DNA of 64,000 nucleotides from Candidatus Micrarchaeum sp. (GTDB taxonomy: Archaea > SpSt-1190 > DYHY01): positions 7,634 to 71,633 of the forward strand of contig DYHY01000004.1 of the NCBI GenBank assembly GCA_020723935.1. Reading direction: 5' to 3'. Below are positions 55,601-64,000 of this stretch, piece after piece. The notes beneath the pieces were generated by a model that was not told where the DNA came from, did not search any database, and saw only the letters and a list, made by a program, of their open reading frames with translations. Position numbers and translations under genes: made by a program. The first letter of the stretch is position 1. Each line of letters begins with the position of its first letter.

Positions 55601-56173
55601 GCCCTTGATCTTCGCGAGGATCCTGCCCTTGAACGAGTTCCTCCTCCTGCCGCGGGAAGCCCCGATGGCGCGGGCGGCGGCGACTATCAGGGCGGCCACC
55701 TGGTCGGCGTTGAGGTTGTCCGTGTTTATCTCGATGTCGACTTGCGGCCGCGCCCCGACGTCCACGCCGTAGAGCCTCTTGTAGCGGGCGATGTTCTTCT
55801 CGTCGCGCATCTTCGTGAAGTAGAGAGCGCGCTCCATGGGGACCCCGTCCTCCTTCGCCCTGCGGGCCGCGCGCACTTCCACGGAAGCAGAGAGCCAGAC
55901 ATAGAGGTCGGCGTCGACGAGCCAGCACGCGAGGCGCGAGCCGGTTATCGAGTTCCTGCTCCTGTCGGAGCGCGTTATCAGGCGGCCGTCGACGAGGTAG
56001 TCTATCCGGTCGTCCTTCTCGGCCTCCGCCTGGATCGTCTCGAACGGGACGCCCCGCTCCTCGGCTATCTGCCTCAACGTGTAGTTGACGACCTGCAGGC
56101 CTATGGCCTTCGCGACCTTGTTGCACGCGGTCGTCGTGCCCGCCCCGGAAAGGCTCGATATCGCTATTTTCAT
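55562..56173 (-). CDS. cmk: cytidylate kinase, archaeal type
   Basis: MKIAISSLSGAGTTTACNKVA P-loop, 203 aa. It is the C-terminal part of composite track ORF 55562..57745. Confidence 0.7.
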   Translation of the reverse strand: MKIAISSLSGAGTTTACNKVAKAIGLQVVNYTLRQIAEERGVPFETIQAEAEKDDRIDYLVDGRLITRSDRSRNSITGSRLACWLVDADLYVWLSASVEVRAARRAKEDGVPMERALYFTKMRDEKNIARYKRLYGVDVGARPQVDIEINTDNLNADQVAALIVAAARAIGASRGRRRNSFKGRILAKIKGSIGMRALGSRKP

Positions 56174-56217
56174 GTGGGGGGTCCGGAAAGGAAGGTAAAA
56201 AAACTTTTTGGTTCCCC

Positions 56218-57816
56218 TCAGGCCGGGAGCAGGTAATAGGAGAACTGGCCCGTCGGGTCTGTGGCCATGAGCTTTGCCGCGGGGTTCTTGTCCATTATCT
56301 GCCTGCACTGGCCGCCCTTGAACGGCGGGACGGTGCACCAGAAGCCGTAGTCGAAGATCGCGCACGGCGCCTTCTCCAGGGCCTTGGCGCGCAGCGCCGG
56401 GTCCTGCAGGTACCAGGGCTGGGCGGAAGTCCTCCCCAGGTCTATGTGCAGGGAAGTCACGTGCGAGAAGATCGTGCAGTTCTCCGGGAGCCGGACGTCG
56501 CGCGCGAACTCCGCGTAGGACCTCGCCTGGTTGGCCTCCGCTATCCTCGGGGCGGGCGTGGAGACCGAGGGGTAGAACGCGACGAGGAAATATGCGCAGA
56601 GCAGGACCGAGAACGCCGCAAGGTGCCTTCCCGAGGGGAGGAGTAGGGCGAAGGCGGACGCCGCGATCGCGAACGGGGCGTAGTAGGAGACCACGTAGCG
56701 CACGTCCGTGCCGTACCTCACGCTTCCGGCGTAGAAGGCGGCGTAGAGGAGGAAGAGGGAGAGGAACCAGAGCAGGAGGACGAGTGCGGCCCTCCTGCGG
56801 CCGCCAGCCAGGAGGACGAGCGTCCCTGCGACCGCGAGGGCGGAGAGGAGGAGCGGGTGCTCTATCGCCGGATAGCCGAAGAGGAAGAACCCCGCGTTCA
56901 CCGGGAGGTTCTGGCCGAAGTACTCCCGGGAGAACTTGGCGCCCGTCGCGCCCCAGGAGCTCTTCGTCGCGCCCAGGTAGACGTGGAGGAGGTGGGGCGC
57001 GGAGAGGAGGAGAACGAGGGCTGCCGACGCGTAGAAGGCCGGCTTCAGGAGGGTCGCGCGCGGGCCGGCGAGGATCGCGGCGGCCAGGTAGAAGAGAGGC
57101 AGGAGGACGCCCGTCTCGGCCTTGGACTGGATCGCCATCGCGAGGGTCGTTCCCAGGAGGAGGAGGAAAACCTGCTCCTTCCCCTCGGAAAAGAGGAGGA
57201 GGGAAAGGAAGGAGAGGAGGGAGAGGAAAAGGAACGTCGTCTCGGCGGCGATCGTGTTGGACCATACGATCGCGACCGGGAGGAGGTTGATGAGGAGGGC
57301 GGAGAGGAGGGCGGGGCGCTCCCTCTTCCCGAAGAGGAGGTAGGTGCAGAGGAACATCAGGAAGCCGGAGGCGAGGAATGCCGCCTGGGAATATGCGAAG
57401 CCCGCGGCCCTCGACGGGCCGAAGGCGTGGAAGACGAGGGCCATCAGGAAGGGATGGGCGGCCGGAGCCTTGTTGATGATGCAGTCGTAGCAGGCCGAAG
57501 CGTCTCCCCAGTTGCACATGCACGACCGCCCCTCGAGGAGGACGTTCCTCGCCATGTTCTCGTAGAGATCCTCGTCGAAATAGACGCGGTTCGTCAGCGG
57601 CACGAAGGCGAGGCGGAACGCGAGGGACGCGAAGAGGATGAGCACCAGGGCGAGCCAGGCTTTCCTCGAGACGCGGGAGAAGGCGGCGCGGATCTTCCTC
57701 CAGGACAGGGCGGCGAGGAGGATCGTGAGCCCGAGGGCAGCCCACATGGAAATCACGGTGCCGTATTCGATTATGTTAAGCTGCAGGGGTGTCGTCGCCA
57801 TGAGCTCGCCCGACAT
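56218..57816 (-). CDS. GT-C glycosyltransferase, ArnT/PMT-like (GT39 family)
   Basis: 532 aa, more than 10 TM. FDEDLYENMARN (DE...Y loop motif). Confidence 0.7.
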   Translation of the reverse strand: MSGELMATTPLQLNIIEYGTVISMWAALGLTILLAALSWRKIRAAFSRVSRKAWLALVLILFASLAFRLAFVPLTNRVYFDEDLYENMARNVLLEGRSCMCNWGDASACYDCIINKAPAAHPFLMALVFHAFGPSRAAGFAYSQAAFLASGFLMFLCTYLLFGKRERPALLSALLINLLPVAIVWSNTIAAETTFLFLSLLSFLSLLLFSEGKEQVFLLLLGTTLAMAIQSKAETGVLLPLFYLAAAILAGPRATLLKPAFYASAALVLLLSAPHLLHVYLGATKSSWGATGAKFSREYFGQNLPVNAGFFLFGYPAIEHPLLLSALAVAGTLVLLAGGRRRAALVLLLWFLSLFLLYAAFYAGSVRYGTDVRYVVSYYAPFAIAASAFALLLPSGRHLAAFSVLLCAYFLVAFYPSVSTPAPRIAEANQARSYAEFARDVRLPENCTIFSHVTSLHIDLGRTSAQPWYLQDPALRAKALEKAPCAIFDYGFWCTVPPFKGGQCRQIMDKNPAAKLMATDPTGQFSYYLLPA

Positions 57817-57865
57817 TCCAGTCCCTCCTACCTCCCGGCGCCTGGCGCGCGGGCCCCTTGTTTCC

Positions 57866-59608
57866 TCACTTCGTGCGCCCCTTGCTCTTGCCCTTCTTCG
57901 CGCCCGCGGCCTCCTTCCTGCAGGTTATGTGGACGCCTTCCGCGAACAGGTGCTCGGCGCGCGTCTTCTCCATCATGTCGAGTGCGTCGTCTATCGAGGA
58001 GACTATCGGGTCCCCGTGGAGGTTGAAGGATGTGTTGAGCACTATCCCGTATCCCGTGCGCTTCCTGACGCGCGATATCAGGGCGCGGTATTCCCTGTTC
58101 TCGCCCCCGACCATCTGCGGGCGCGCGGAGCCGTCGACATGCGTGACGGCAGCAAGGTCGGCCTTCTTCTCGGGCCGGCACATGTAGCCCATCGTCATGA
58201 ACCTGTCGGGGATCCTGTCGTAATCCGAGAAGAGCCTGGCGGCGTCCTCCTCAAGGAGCGAGGGGCAGAAGGGCTGGAACCAGTTCCTGGACTTTATGCG
58301 CAGGTTCAGCTCGTCCTTCACCGCCAGGGACGACGCCGGGGCGACTATGCTCCTGTTCCCGAGGGCCCGGGGGCCGTATTCCATCCCGCCCTGGAACCAG
58401 AAGACGTACTTCTCCTCGTCCTCGACGATGTCAGCGGCCTCGGAGGCGAAGCCCCTCTCCTCGCTTGCGCGAAGGCCTGGCCTCTTCTTCACCGCCGCGA
58501 GCACCGATCCCTTGGTCTCGCCGGGGCCGAAGTAGGCAAGGGGCATTTTCTTCCCGTGTGGGACGCCCGCTATCTGCAGGGCCGCCCCGAGGGCGAGGCC
58601 CCCGTCCCCCATGTGCGGGAAGACGAACCAGTCTTCGGGCGACAGCTCCGCGCGTATGCGCATGTTGAGCTTGATGTTGGACGCCACCCCACCGCTCCAG
58701 CAGATGCGCCTCATCCCGGTCTCGGCGACGGCGTTCCTGAAGAGCTGCAGGAGGTGCTTTTCCAGCGTCCGCTGCGCCATCGAGGCGAAATCCTCCGGCG
58801 GCGTGCGCCAGGCCAGGCGCTCGAGGAGCGCGTACTGGGTTATCGGGTCGTGCTTCGCGCGCACCGCAAGGCCGCGCACGGAGAAGAAGTCCTCTAGCTT
58901 GTTCTCCTTCTTGTGGCTGTAGTCAGCGAGGCTCATAACCTTGCCCTCGTCCTCCAGCTCGCGCATCCCGAGGATCGTCGTCACCTGCTCGAAGAATATC
59001 CCGATCGAATCGCGGGCGGGGATCGCGGAGATCCTCCTTATCCTCCCGTCCTCGCACACGTTCACGGAGCCCGAGAGGCCGTCGCCCACGCCGTCGACCG
59101 TTATGCACAGGGCGTCCCCCATGCCGCTGGGGTAGTAGGCGCTCGCCGCGTGCGCCGCGTGGTGGTCGACGTAGGAGAGCCTCGCTTGCGCGAAGCCCTC
59201 GCGCCGCACGAGGGAGGCGAAATATCCCTCGTTCACCCTCCTCAGGATCCAGCGGGGGCGATCGACCGTCGTCAGGACGAACTTTGCCGCCCGCCTCAGG
59301 CCCACGAGGGGCGGCCGGTCGATCTTCCTCCTGCGGAACTTGTAGTAGTTCCTCCCGATGCCGGGAAAGAAGCGCGACGACGTCTTGGCGACGTCGACTG
59401 TTGTGAACGCGACGTCCGTGATCTCCGGGCGTGAGAGCCCGGCTATCCGCAGGCACGCCTCGACCGAGTGGGCCGGGTATCCGATGTCCAGCTTCTTCCT
59501 TGAGAGCCTCTCCTCGTTCACGGCCGAAAGGACCCTCCCTTCCCCGTCGACGATCGCCGCCCCGGCATCGTGCCCGTCCCAGATCCCCAGTATCGCGTGT
59601 CCCGCCAT
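57866..59608 (-). CDS. carbamoyltransferase (NodU/CmcH family)
   Basis: MAGHAILGIWDGHDAGAAIVDGEGRVLSAVNEERLSRKK N-terminus, 580 aa. Confidence 0.8.
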   Translation of the reverse strand: MAGHAILGIWDGHDAGAAIVDGEGRVLSAVNEERLSRKKLDIGYPAHSVEACLRIAGLSRPEITDVAFTTVDVAKTSSRFFPGIGRNYYKFRRRKIDRPPLVGLRRAAKFVLTTVDRPRWILRRVNEGYFASLVRREGFAQARLSYVDHHAAHAASAYYPSGMGDALCITVDGVGDGLSGSVNVCEDGRIRRISAIPARDSIGIFFEQVTTILGMRELEDEGKVMSLADYSHKKENKLEDFFSVRGLAVRAKHDPITQYALLERLAWRTPPEDFASMAQRTLEKHLLQLFRNAVAETGMRRICWSGGVASNIKLNMRIRAELSPEDWFVFPHMGDGGLALGAALQIAGVPHGKKMPLAYFGPGETKGSVLAAVKKRPGLRASEERGFASEAADIVEDEEKYVFWFQGGMEYGPRALGNRSIVAPASSLAVKDELNLRIKSRNWFQPFCPSLLEEDAARLFSDYDRIPDRFMTMGYMCRPEKKADLAAVTHVDGSARPQMVGGENREYRALISRVRKRTGYGIVLNTSFNLHGDPIVSSIDDALDMMEKTRAEHLFAEGVHITCRKEAAGAKKGKSKGRTK

Positions 59609-59609
59609 C

Positions 59610-60359
59610 CTATCCCGAAATCCTCCTTTCCTCTTGCTTTCCGCCAGCCATTCTTTTGAAGATCAGCTCCCTGACTATCGTCTTGAGTATGAGGAATCCG
59701 TCCTTGAAGGTGCCCAGCCTGCTCTCGCCGTGGAGGCGGGGCTTCTCGGTGCTCGGGACCTCGATCGTGCGCAGGCCCGCCTTGGCGCAGCGGATGGATA
59801 TCTCCGTCTCTATGCCGAAGCCCTTGCTGGAGAGGGCGAGCCTCCCGACCGCGCTCCGCCTCATCGAGCGATAGCCGTAGCACAGGTCAGTGTACCTCGT
59901 CCCCCAGAAGAGATTGACGAGGGCGACGAAGAGCTTGTTCCCGACGTAGCGCAGGGGCGTTATGTCCTCGCTCCCGCCGCCACGCATGAAGCGCGAGCCC
60001 ATGCAGACGTCGTATCCGCCGCTCTCGACCTTCGATATCAGGACGGGGAGCTCGTCTGCCGTGTGCGAGCAGTCGGCATCCATTATCACGATGACCGGCG
60101 CCTGGCACGCCCCCAGGCCCGCTATTATCGCCGAGCCCTTGCCCACGGAGTCGAAGATCACTCGCGCCCCCGCGCGCCTGGCGATCGCGACCGTCCCGTC
60201 CTTCGAGTGGCCGTCGACGATTATGATCTCGGTCCTGCGGCCGCTCCGCTTGGAGAAGGACCTGACGTCCGAGAGCACGCGGGGGAGATTGCGCTCCTCG
60301 TTTATCGTCGGGATCACGATGGAGACCGAGGGCCTAGGTGACGTAGAAGCTCTTGGCAA
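59610..60359 (-). CDS. GT2 glycosyltransferase, dolichyl-phosphate sugar synthase (Dpm1-like)
   Basis: VSIVIPTINEE, IIVDGHSKDGT, DADCSH (DxD). Confidence 0.8.
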   Translation of the reverse strand: MPRASTSPRPSVSIVIPTINEERNLPRVLSDVRSFSKRSGRRTEIIIVDGHSKDGTVAIARRAGARVIFDSVGKGSAIIAGLGACQAPVIVIMDADCSHTADELPVLISKVESGGYDVCMGSRFMRGGGSEDITPLRYVGNKLFVALVNLFWGTRYTDLCYGYRSMRRSAVGRLALSSKGFGIETEISIRCAKAGLRTIEVPSTEKPRLHGESRLGTFKDGFLILKTIVRELIFKRMAGGKQEERRISG

Positions 60360-62871
60360 AGCCGTTGTTGAAAACCTCCCGGAACCTCCTGGACGGGCCC
60401 CCGTCCAGTATGAAGGTCTCCGTGAAAACGCTCCCCGCGGCGTCGTCGGGCATCAGGAACGCGGTCGGGCCGGCGGCGTAGACGGCTCCGGGCGTCTTGG
60501 TCTGGTTCCCGAAATCCACGTCGAGGACGCCCTCGCGGGTCACGATCTTGCTCAGAACCCCGTACCCCGGCTGGCCCGAGCTCCCTATGAGGGGGATTGT
60601 CGTCCCGTTGGCGTCGACCATCGCTATGAAATAATGCTGCGCGGCATAGACCTTGGCCGGCCCCAAGGGCGTGTCGCGGTCGCCGACGAGCTGGAAGGAG
60701 AGGTACTGTGTGGGCCGCCCGCCTATCCTGGACGCCCAGTACATCTTCCCTATCATCGTCGCGTCGTGGGTCATGAGGTGGGGTATTGCTATCCTGAATC
60801 CCGTAGAGTTGTACCCGAAGGAAAGGAGGCCGCCGGGAGAGAGCTCCAGGAACGGGGCTATCACGGTCCCGTCCTTCTGCGCAAGGTAGTCCTGGAAGAC
60901 TGCGTAGCCTTCCTCGAGCGTGCTTTCCGAGAGTACGCCCCCCGCGGTGTCCAGGCTCGCGGCGAGGTGGTGGGTCATCCCGCGGTACGTGACGTAGAAG
61001 TCAAGGCGGTACTTTCCGGGAAGGAGGGTCGCCGAGACGTTCTGGACGAAGCCGGGGCAGACCTTGGGTATCGGCGTGGACGGATCCCTGCAGGTTGCGA
61101 CGGCCAGGTGGCTGTCCGGTATGAAATTGGCGTAGTATTCGGGCGCGAAGACGCCGTTGTCGAAGGTCGTAACCTCTTCTCCCGAGGGCTTGGAGACGAC
61201 GAGCTTCACCTCGGGGTAGGGGAGGGAGAGCATCCAGGCCGCAGCCTTGTCCTCGTTCGTCTCGGTGAACATGAGCCCGAGCTCCTCGTCCATCTTGAGG
61301 ATCCGGTTGCCCCCGTCGGCGACGGAGGGGCGCCTGGCGAAATACTGTATCCAGTAGCCGTAGTCCCACCACGCGACCACGGGGCTCTCCGCCCTCATGT
61401 TGAGGTCGGTCCACTTGAAGTTCTCGAACCATTCCTCGTTCACGGACGTGTGTATGCCCCTCGCCTGCGCGAGGATCCCGGGCGCGCCCATCCCGACGTA
61501 TATCTGGGCGAAGGCGGCCATGACGAGGATCACCGAGGCCGCCTTGATGTATCCCCTGATTCCCTGCGGCCCGAAGCCTGCGCGGAACAGGAACGCTATC
61601 GCCTGCCCGGCGGCGAACGCGGCGATGGGCATGAGGTTCATGAACAGGCGCATCCCGCGCGAGGCCGCGTAGATGTTGAAGCCGAGGAAGAACGCAGTCA
61701 GGATGTCCTCGTCGCGCTTCGTGAAGAGGGGTATCGTGAGGGTGAGGAGCGCGATCGGGAAGACGAGCTTCATCTGCTCCCAGTAGGCGTTCCCGCCCTG
61801 CCAGAAGAAGGGCTCCCAGGGCCATGCCCAGCTCGTCGGCTGGTTCTCGCCGACCGAGGAGCCGTGGACGCTGGAGCGCAGGGGGTCGGCAACCTCCGAG
61901 AAGACCCGCCCGACGATCGAGGCGGGCGCCTGCCCCTTCGCCGCGGCCGCGAGGAAGGCGATCGCGACGGTCACGACGACCGCCGCCGCGAGCCTGTAGG
62001 CCCGCTCGTTCCCCTTCCCCGACAGGAACGGCATCCTGAGCCTCAGGACGAAATAGGAGATGATGAGGAAGGCCGCCGAGCCCATGAGTATGAGGTTCCT
62101 GGAGTCGGAGAACTGCCACAGGCCGCCCGCGGAGCCGTACCCCGCCTTCATCAGCATCGGCAGGAGGACGAGCACAGCCGTCCCGAACACGTCCTTCCCT
62201 GCGCGGTAGCGGAAGATCACCTGGAAGATGTGGAAGAGGACGACGGGGACGACGAAGAGGATGTAGCTGGAAAGGCTCATCGCCCCCAGGCCCATCGCGA
62301 CCCCGGCGAGGATGCTGTAGAGGAGGACCGGCGCGAGGCGCTCCCTCTCCTGGACGTACCTGTAGACGAAATAGGTGGCGAGGACCATGAAGAAGAACGC
62401 GGCTGTGTCCTTGTCAGAGAAGCCAGCGACCGACCTGAAGAGGGCGCCAGGGACTATCGCGAAGAGGAGGCCCCCGACGAACCAGTCGCGGCCCGCCCGG
62501 TGCCCGAGGTAGAAGAGGGTGATGATCGTGAGGAACGTGAAGATCGGCGCGTACCATTTCGCGGCGGACTTCACCCCCTCGAACGTCTCTAGGCAGAACG
62601 GGTTGATCTTGCAGAGGAGCGCGATGGAATACGTCGGGACGTGCAGGTCCCCCCCGTCGTAGAGGAGCGGATAGTACCTGTCCTCCTCGACGCGCGGGAG
62701 CTCCCCGCCCGTGACGATCCTTTCCGCCGCGTTGTGGAAGTAGACGGTGTCAAACTCGAGCATGTGCGGGTCGCCGAGGCTCTGGAGGCGCGTCCCGAAC
62801 GCTATCCAGAGGACGAGGAAGATGGCTGCTAGCGCCAGTATCCCTGCCGCCAGCTTCTTCGCGTCCTGCAC
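60334..62871 (-). CDS. aglB: oligosaccharyltransferase AglB (STT3 homolog)
   Basis: WWDYGYWI motif, 13 TM N-terminal domain, 845 aa. Confidence 0.9.
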   Translation of the reverse strand: MQDAKKLAAGILALAAIFLVLWIAFGTRLQSLGDPHMLEFDTVYFHNAAERIVTGGELPRVEEDRYYPLLYDGGDLHVPTYSIALLCKINPFCLETFEGVKSAAKWYAPIFTFLTIITLFYLGHRAGRDWFVGGLLFAIVPGALFRSVAGFSDKDTAAFFFMVLATYFVYRYVQERERLAPVLLYSILAGVAMGLGAMSLSSYILFVVPVVLFHIFQVIFRYRAGKDVFGTAVLVLLPMLMKAGYGSAGGLWQFSDSRNLILMGSAAFLIISYFVLRLRMPFLSGKGNERAYRLAAAVVVTVAIAFLAAAAKGQAPASIVGRVFSEVADPLRSSVHGSSVGENQPTSWAWPWEPFFWQGGNAYWEQMKLVFPIALLTLTIPLFTKRDEDILTAFFLGFNIYAASRGMRLFMNLMPIAAFAAGQAIAFLFRAGFGPQGIRGYIKAASVILVMAAFAQIYVGMGAPGILAQARGIHTSVNEEWFENFKWTDLNMRAESPVVAWWDYGYWIQYFARRPSVADGGNRILKMDEELGLMFTETNEDKAAAWMLSLPYPEVKLVVSKPSGEEVTTFDNGVFAPEYYANFIPDSHLAVATCRDPSTPIPKVCPGFVQNVSATLLPGKYRLDFYVTYRGMTHHLAASLDTAGGVLSESTLEEGYAVFQDYLAQKDGTVIAPFLELSPGGLLSFGYNSTGFRIAIPHLMTHDATMIGKMYWASRIGGRPTQYLSFQLVGDRDTPLGPAKVYAAQHYFIAMVDANGTTIPLIGSSGQPGYGVLSKIVTREGVLDVDFGNQTKTPGAVYAAGPTAFLMPDDAAGSVFTETFILDGGPSRRFREVFNNGFAKSFYVT

Positions 62872-62938
62872 GGCAGGGAGGACCGGCGGAGCGTTTTAAA
62901 CCTTTTCCGGCGCCGCGCGCGGCGAGAGAGTTTTAAAC

Positions 62939-63904
62939 ATGCGGGGCGGCCGCATCCCGAAGGACATGCCCCAAAAGCGCCGCGGAAGGCCTGGGATAAC
63001 GATCATCTGCACTGTCAGGAACGAGGCGGGCTCCGTCGGGGAGCTCGTCTCATCCGTCCTCTCGGGCGAGAGGAAGCCGGACGCGTTCATAATAGTGGAC
63101 GGCGGATCGACCGACGGCACCCCCGCCATCCTGCGCAGGAGGTTCGGGAGGAGGGTGCGGGTCATAGTGGCGCCCGGCGCAAACATAGCGGCGGGGAGGA
63201 ACGCGGCGGTGCGCGCCGCGGGGACGGAGTGGATAGCCTCCATCGACGGAGGGTGCGTGGCGAGGCCGGGATGGCTTTCCGCCCTCGAGAGGGGGTTTGC
63301 GGGCGCTGACGTAGTCTCGGGCGCCTACGTGCCCCTCGCGAGGAGCGCCTTCGAGCGCGCGCAGGGAAGGATCGTGTGCAAGGACCCGGAAAGCCTCGGG
63401 GAAGGTTTCCTTCCCTCTTCGCGCTCCGTCGCCTTCAGGAAGTCCGCCTGGGAGAAGGCTGGCGGATATCCGGAAGGGACATACACCGCCGAGGACACGC
63501 TCTTTGACATCAATCTGCGCAAGACTGGGGCGCGGTTTTCCTTCGCGAGGGACGCGATAGTCGAATGGAGGATGCGCCCCGACATCAGGTCCTTCGAAAG
63601 GCAGTTCTACAACTACGGCCTGGGGGACGGAAGGACGGGCCTCGTCCTCGGCATGCCGGGCAACCTCCTCCTCGTCCTCGCTTTCAAGGCGGCCGTCTGG
63701 GGCCTGCTCCTCAGCATGTCGGCAAACCCCCTCCTCCTGTTCCTCGCCGCCCCGTTCGCGCTCCTCGTCCTCGCCGAGAGCGCATATCACGCCCTCCGGG
63801 ACCCCGCGCACTTCCACGACTATTTCGTCCTGGTCCTCGCCAAGCGCGCGGGATATTCCCTCGGCGCGTCCATCGGGCTCTTCAGGGGGCTCTCGCCTTG
63901 GTGA
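62939..63904 (+). CDS. GT2 family glycosyltransferase with C-terminal TM helices
   Basis: ITIICTVRNE, FIIVDGGSTDGT, AEDT. Hydrophobic C-terminus. Confidence 0.7.
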   Translation: MRGGRIPKDMPQKRRGRPGITIICTVRNEAGSVGELVSSVLSGERKPDAFIIVDGGSTDGTPAILRRRFGRRVRVIVAPGANIAAGRNAAVRAAGTEWIASIDGGCVARPGWLSALERGFAGADVVSGAYVPLARSAFERAQGRIVCKDPESLGEGFLPSSRSVAFRKSAWEKAGGYPEGTYTAEDTLFDINLRKTGARFSFARDAIVEWRMRPDIRSFERQFYNYGLGDGRTGLVLGMPGNLLLVLAFKAAVWGLLLSMSANPLLLFLAAPFALLVLAESAYHALRDPAHFHDYFVLVLAKRAGYSLGASIGLFRGLSPW

Positions 63905-64000
63905 CCCTTCCCGCGCCCCTAGAGAGGCTGCTGCCGCGCGGCGGCAGGAAGAGGGCGACGGCCTTCCTTTCAGCTGCAAGCCTCTATTCCTACGCGATGA

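Noticed and set aside
55562-57745. 727-aa minus-strand track ORF
   Set aside because: It is a composite. Only the last 203 aa (cytidylate kinase, 55562..56173) are real. The rest is an Arg/Pro-rich shadow of the GT39 gene 56218..57816 in another frame.
1-64000. CRISPR arrays, integrases, transposases or IS elements
   Set aside because: No short regularly spaced direct repeats were found. No ORF has integrase (R..HxxR..Y) or DDE-transposase features. The mobile-element interpretation of the tRNA-bounded segment therefore rests only on tRNA 3'-end duplications and gene content.

Overview
This is a 64 kb window from a high-GC (about 65-68%) archaeal chromosome with a euryarchaeal-type gene order. 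TAG, TGA and TAA are all used as ordinary stop codons. Around 35 kb of the window is conserved housekeeping DNA.

Main blocks:
- Ribosomal protein superoperon on the minus strand (36.6-50.3 kb): L3-L4-L23-L2-S19-L22-S3-L29-SUI1-RNase P p29-S17-L14-L24-S4e-L5-S14-S8-L6-L32e-L19e-L18-S5-L30-[opposite-strand insert]-L15-SecY, followed by a DUF106/YidC-like insertase gene and Cbf5.
- RNA-processing cluster: the tRNA-splicing ligase RtcB with its activator archease, near an apparent intron-containing tRNA-Trp.
- N-glycosylation cluster (56-64 kb): ArnT/PMT-like GT39, carbamoyltransferase, Dpm1-like GT2, the oligosaccharyltransferase AglB and a second GT2.
- Other housekeeping genes: NAD kinase, cystathionine gamma-synthase/lyase family enzyme, cysteine--tRNA ligase, ADP-forming acetyl-CoA synthetase alpha subunit, TrkH, a Ca-type P-type ATPase and cytidylate kinase.

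The accessory part (2-26 kb) contains:
- A copper/thiol-redox island: TRASH-domain protein, CcdA, cupredoxin-like lipoprotein, a triple thioredoxin-fold protein, Met-rich and cupredoxin-domain membrane proteins and the CopA copper ATPase. It is apparently governed by a membrane-bound one-component regulator (sensor domain, TM, DUF835-like domain, winged HTH) whose gene is flanked by an inverted 20-bp motif.
- A roughly 4 kb segment bounded by tRNA-His(GUG) and tRNA-Leu(CAA). It carries a radical SAM/SPASM enzyme, membrane and regulator-like small proteins, and decayed nucleotidyltransferase genes. A perfect 2 x 54 bp tandem duplication covers the 3' end of tRNA-His.

Many accessory ORFs look interrupted by frameshifts at G/C homopolymer runs; these are either real pseudogenes or sequencing indels. 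No CRISPR array, integrase or transposase was found. Coordinates of features not taken from the ORF track are approximate (+/- 2 nt).
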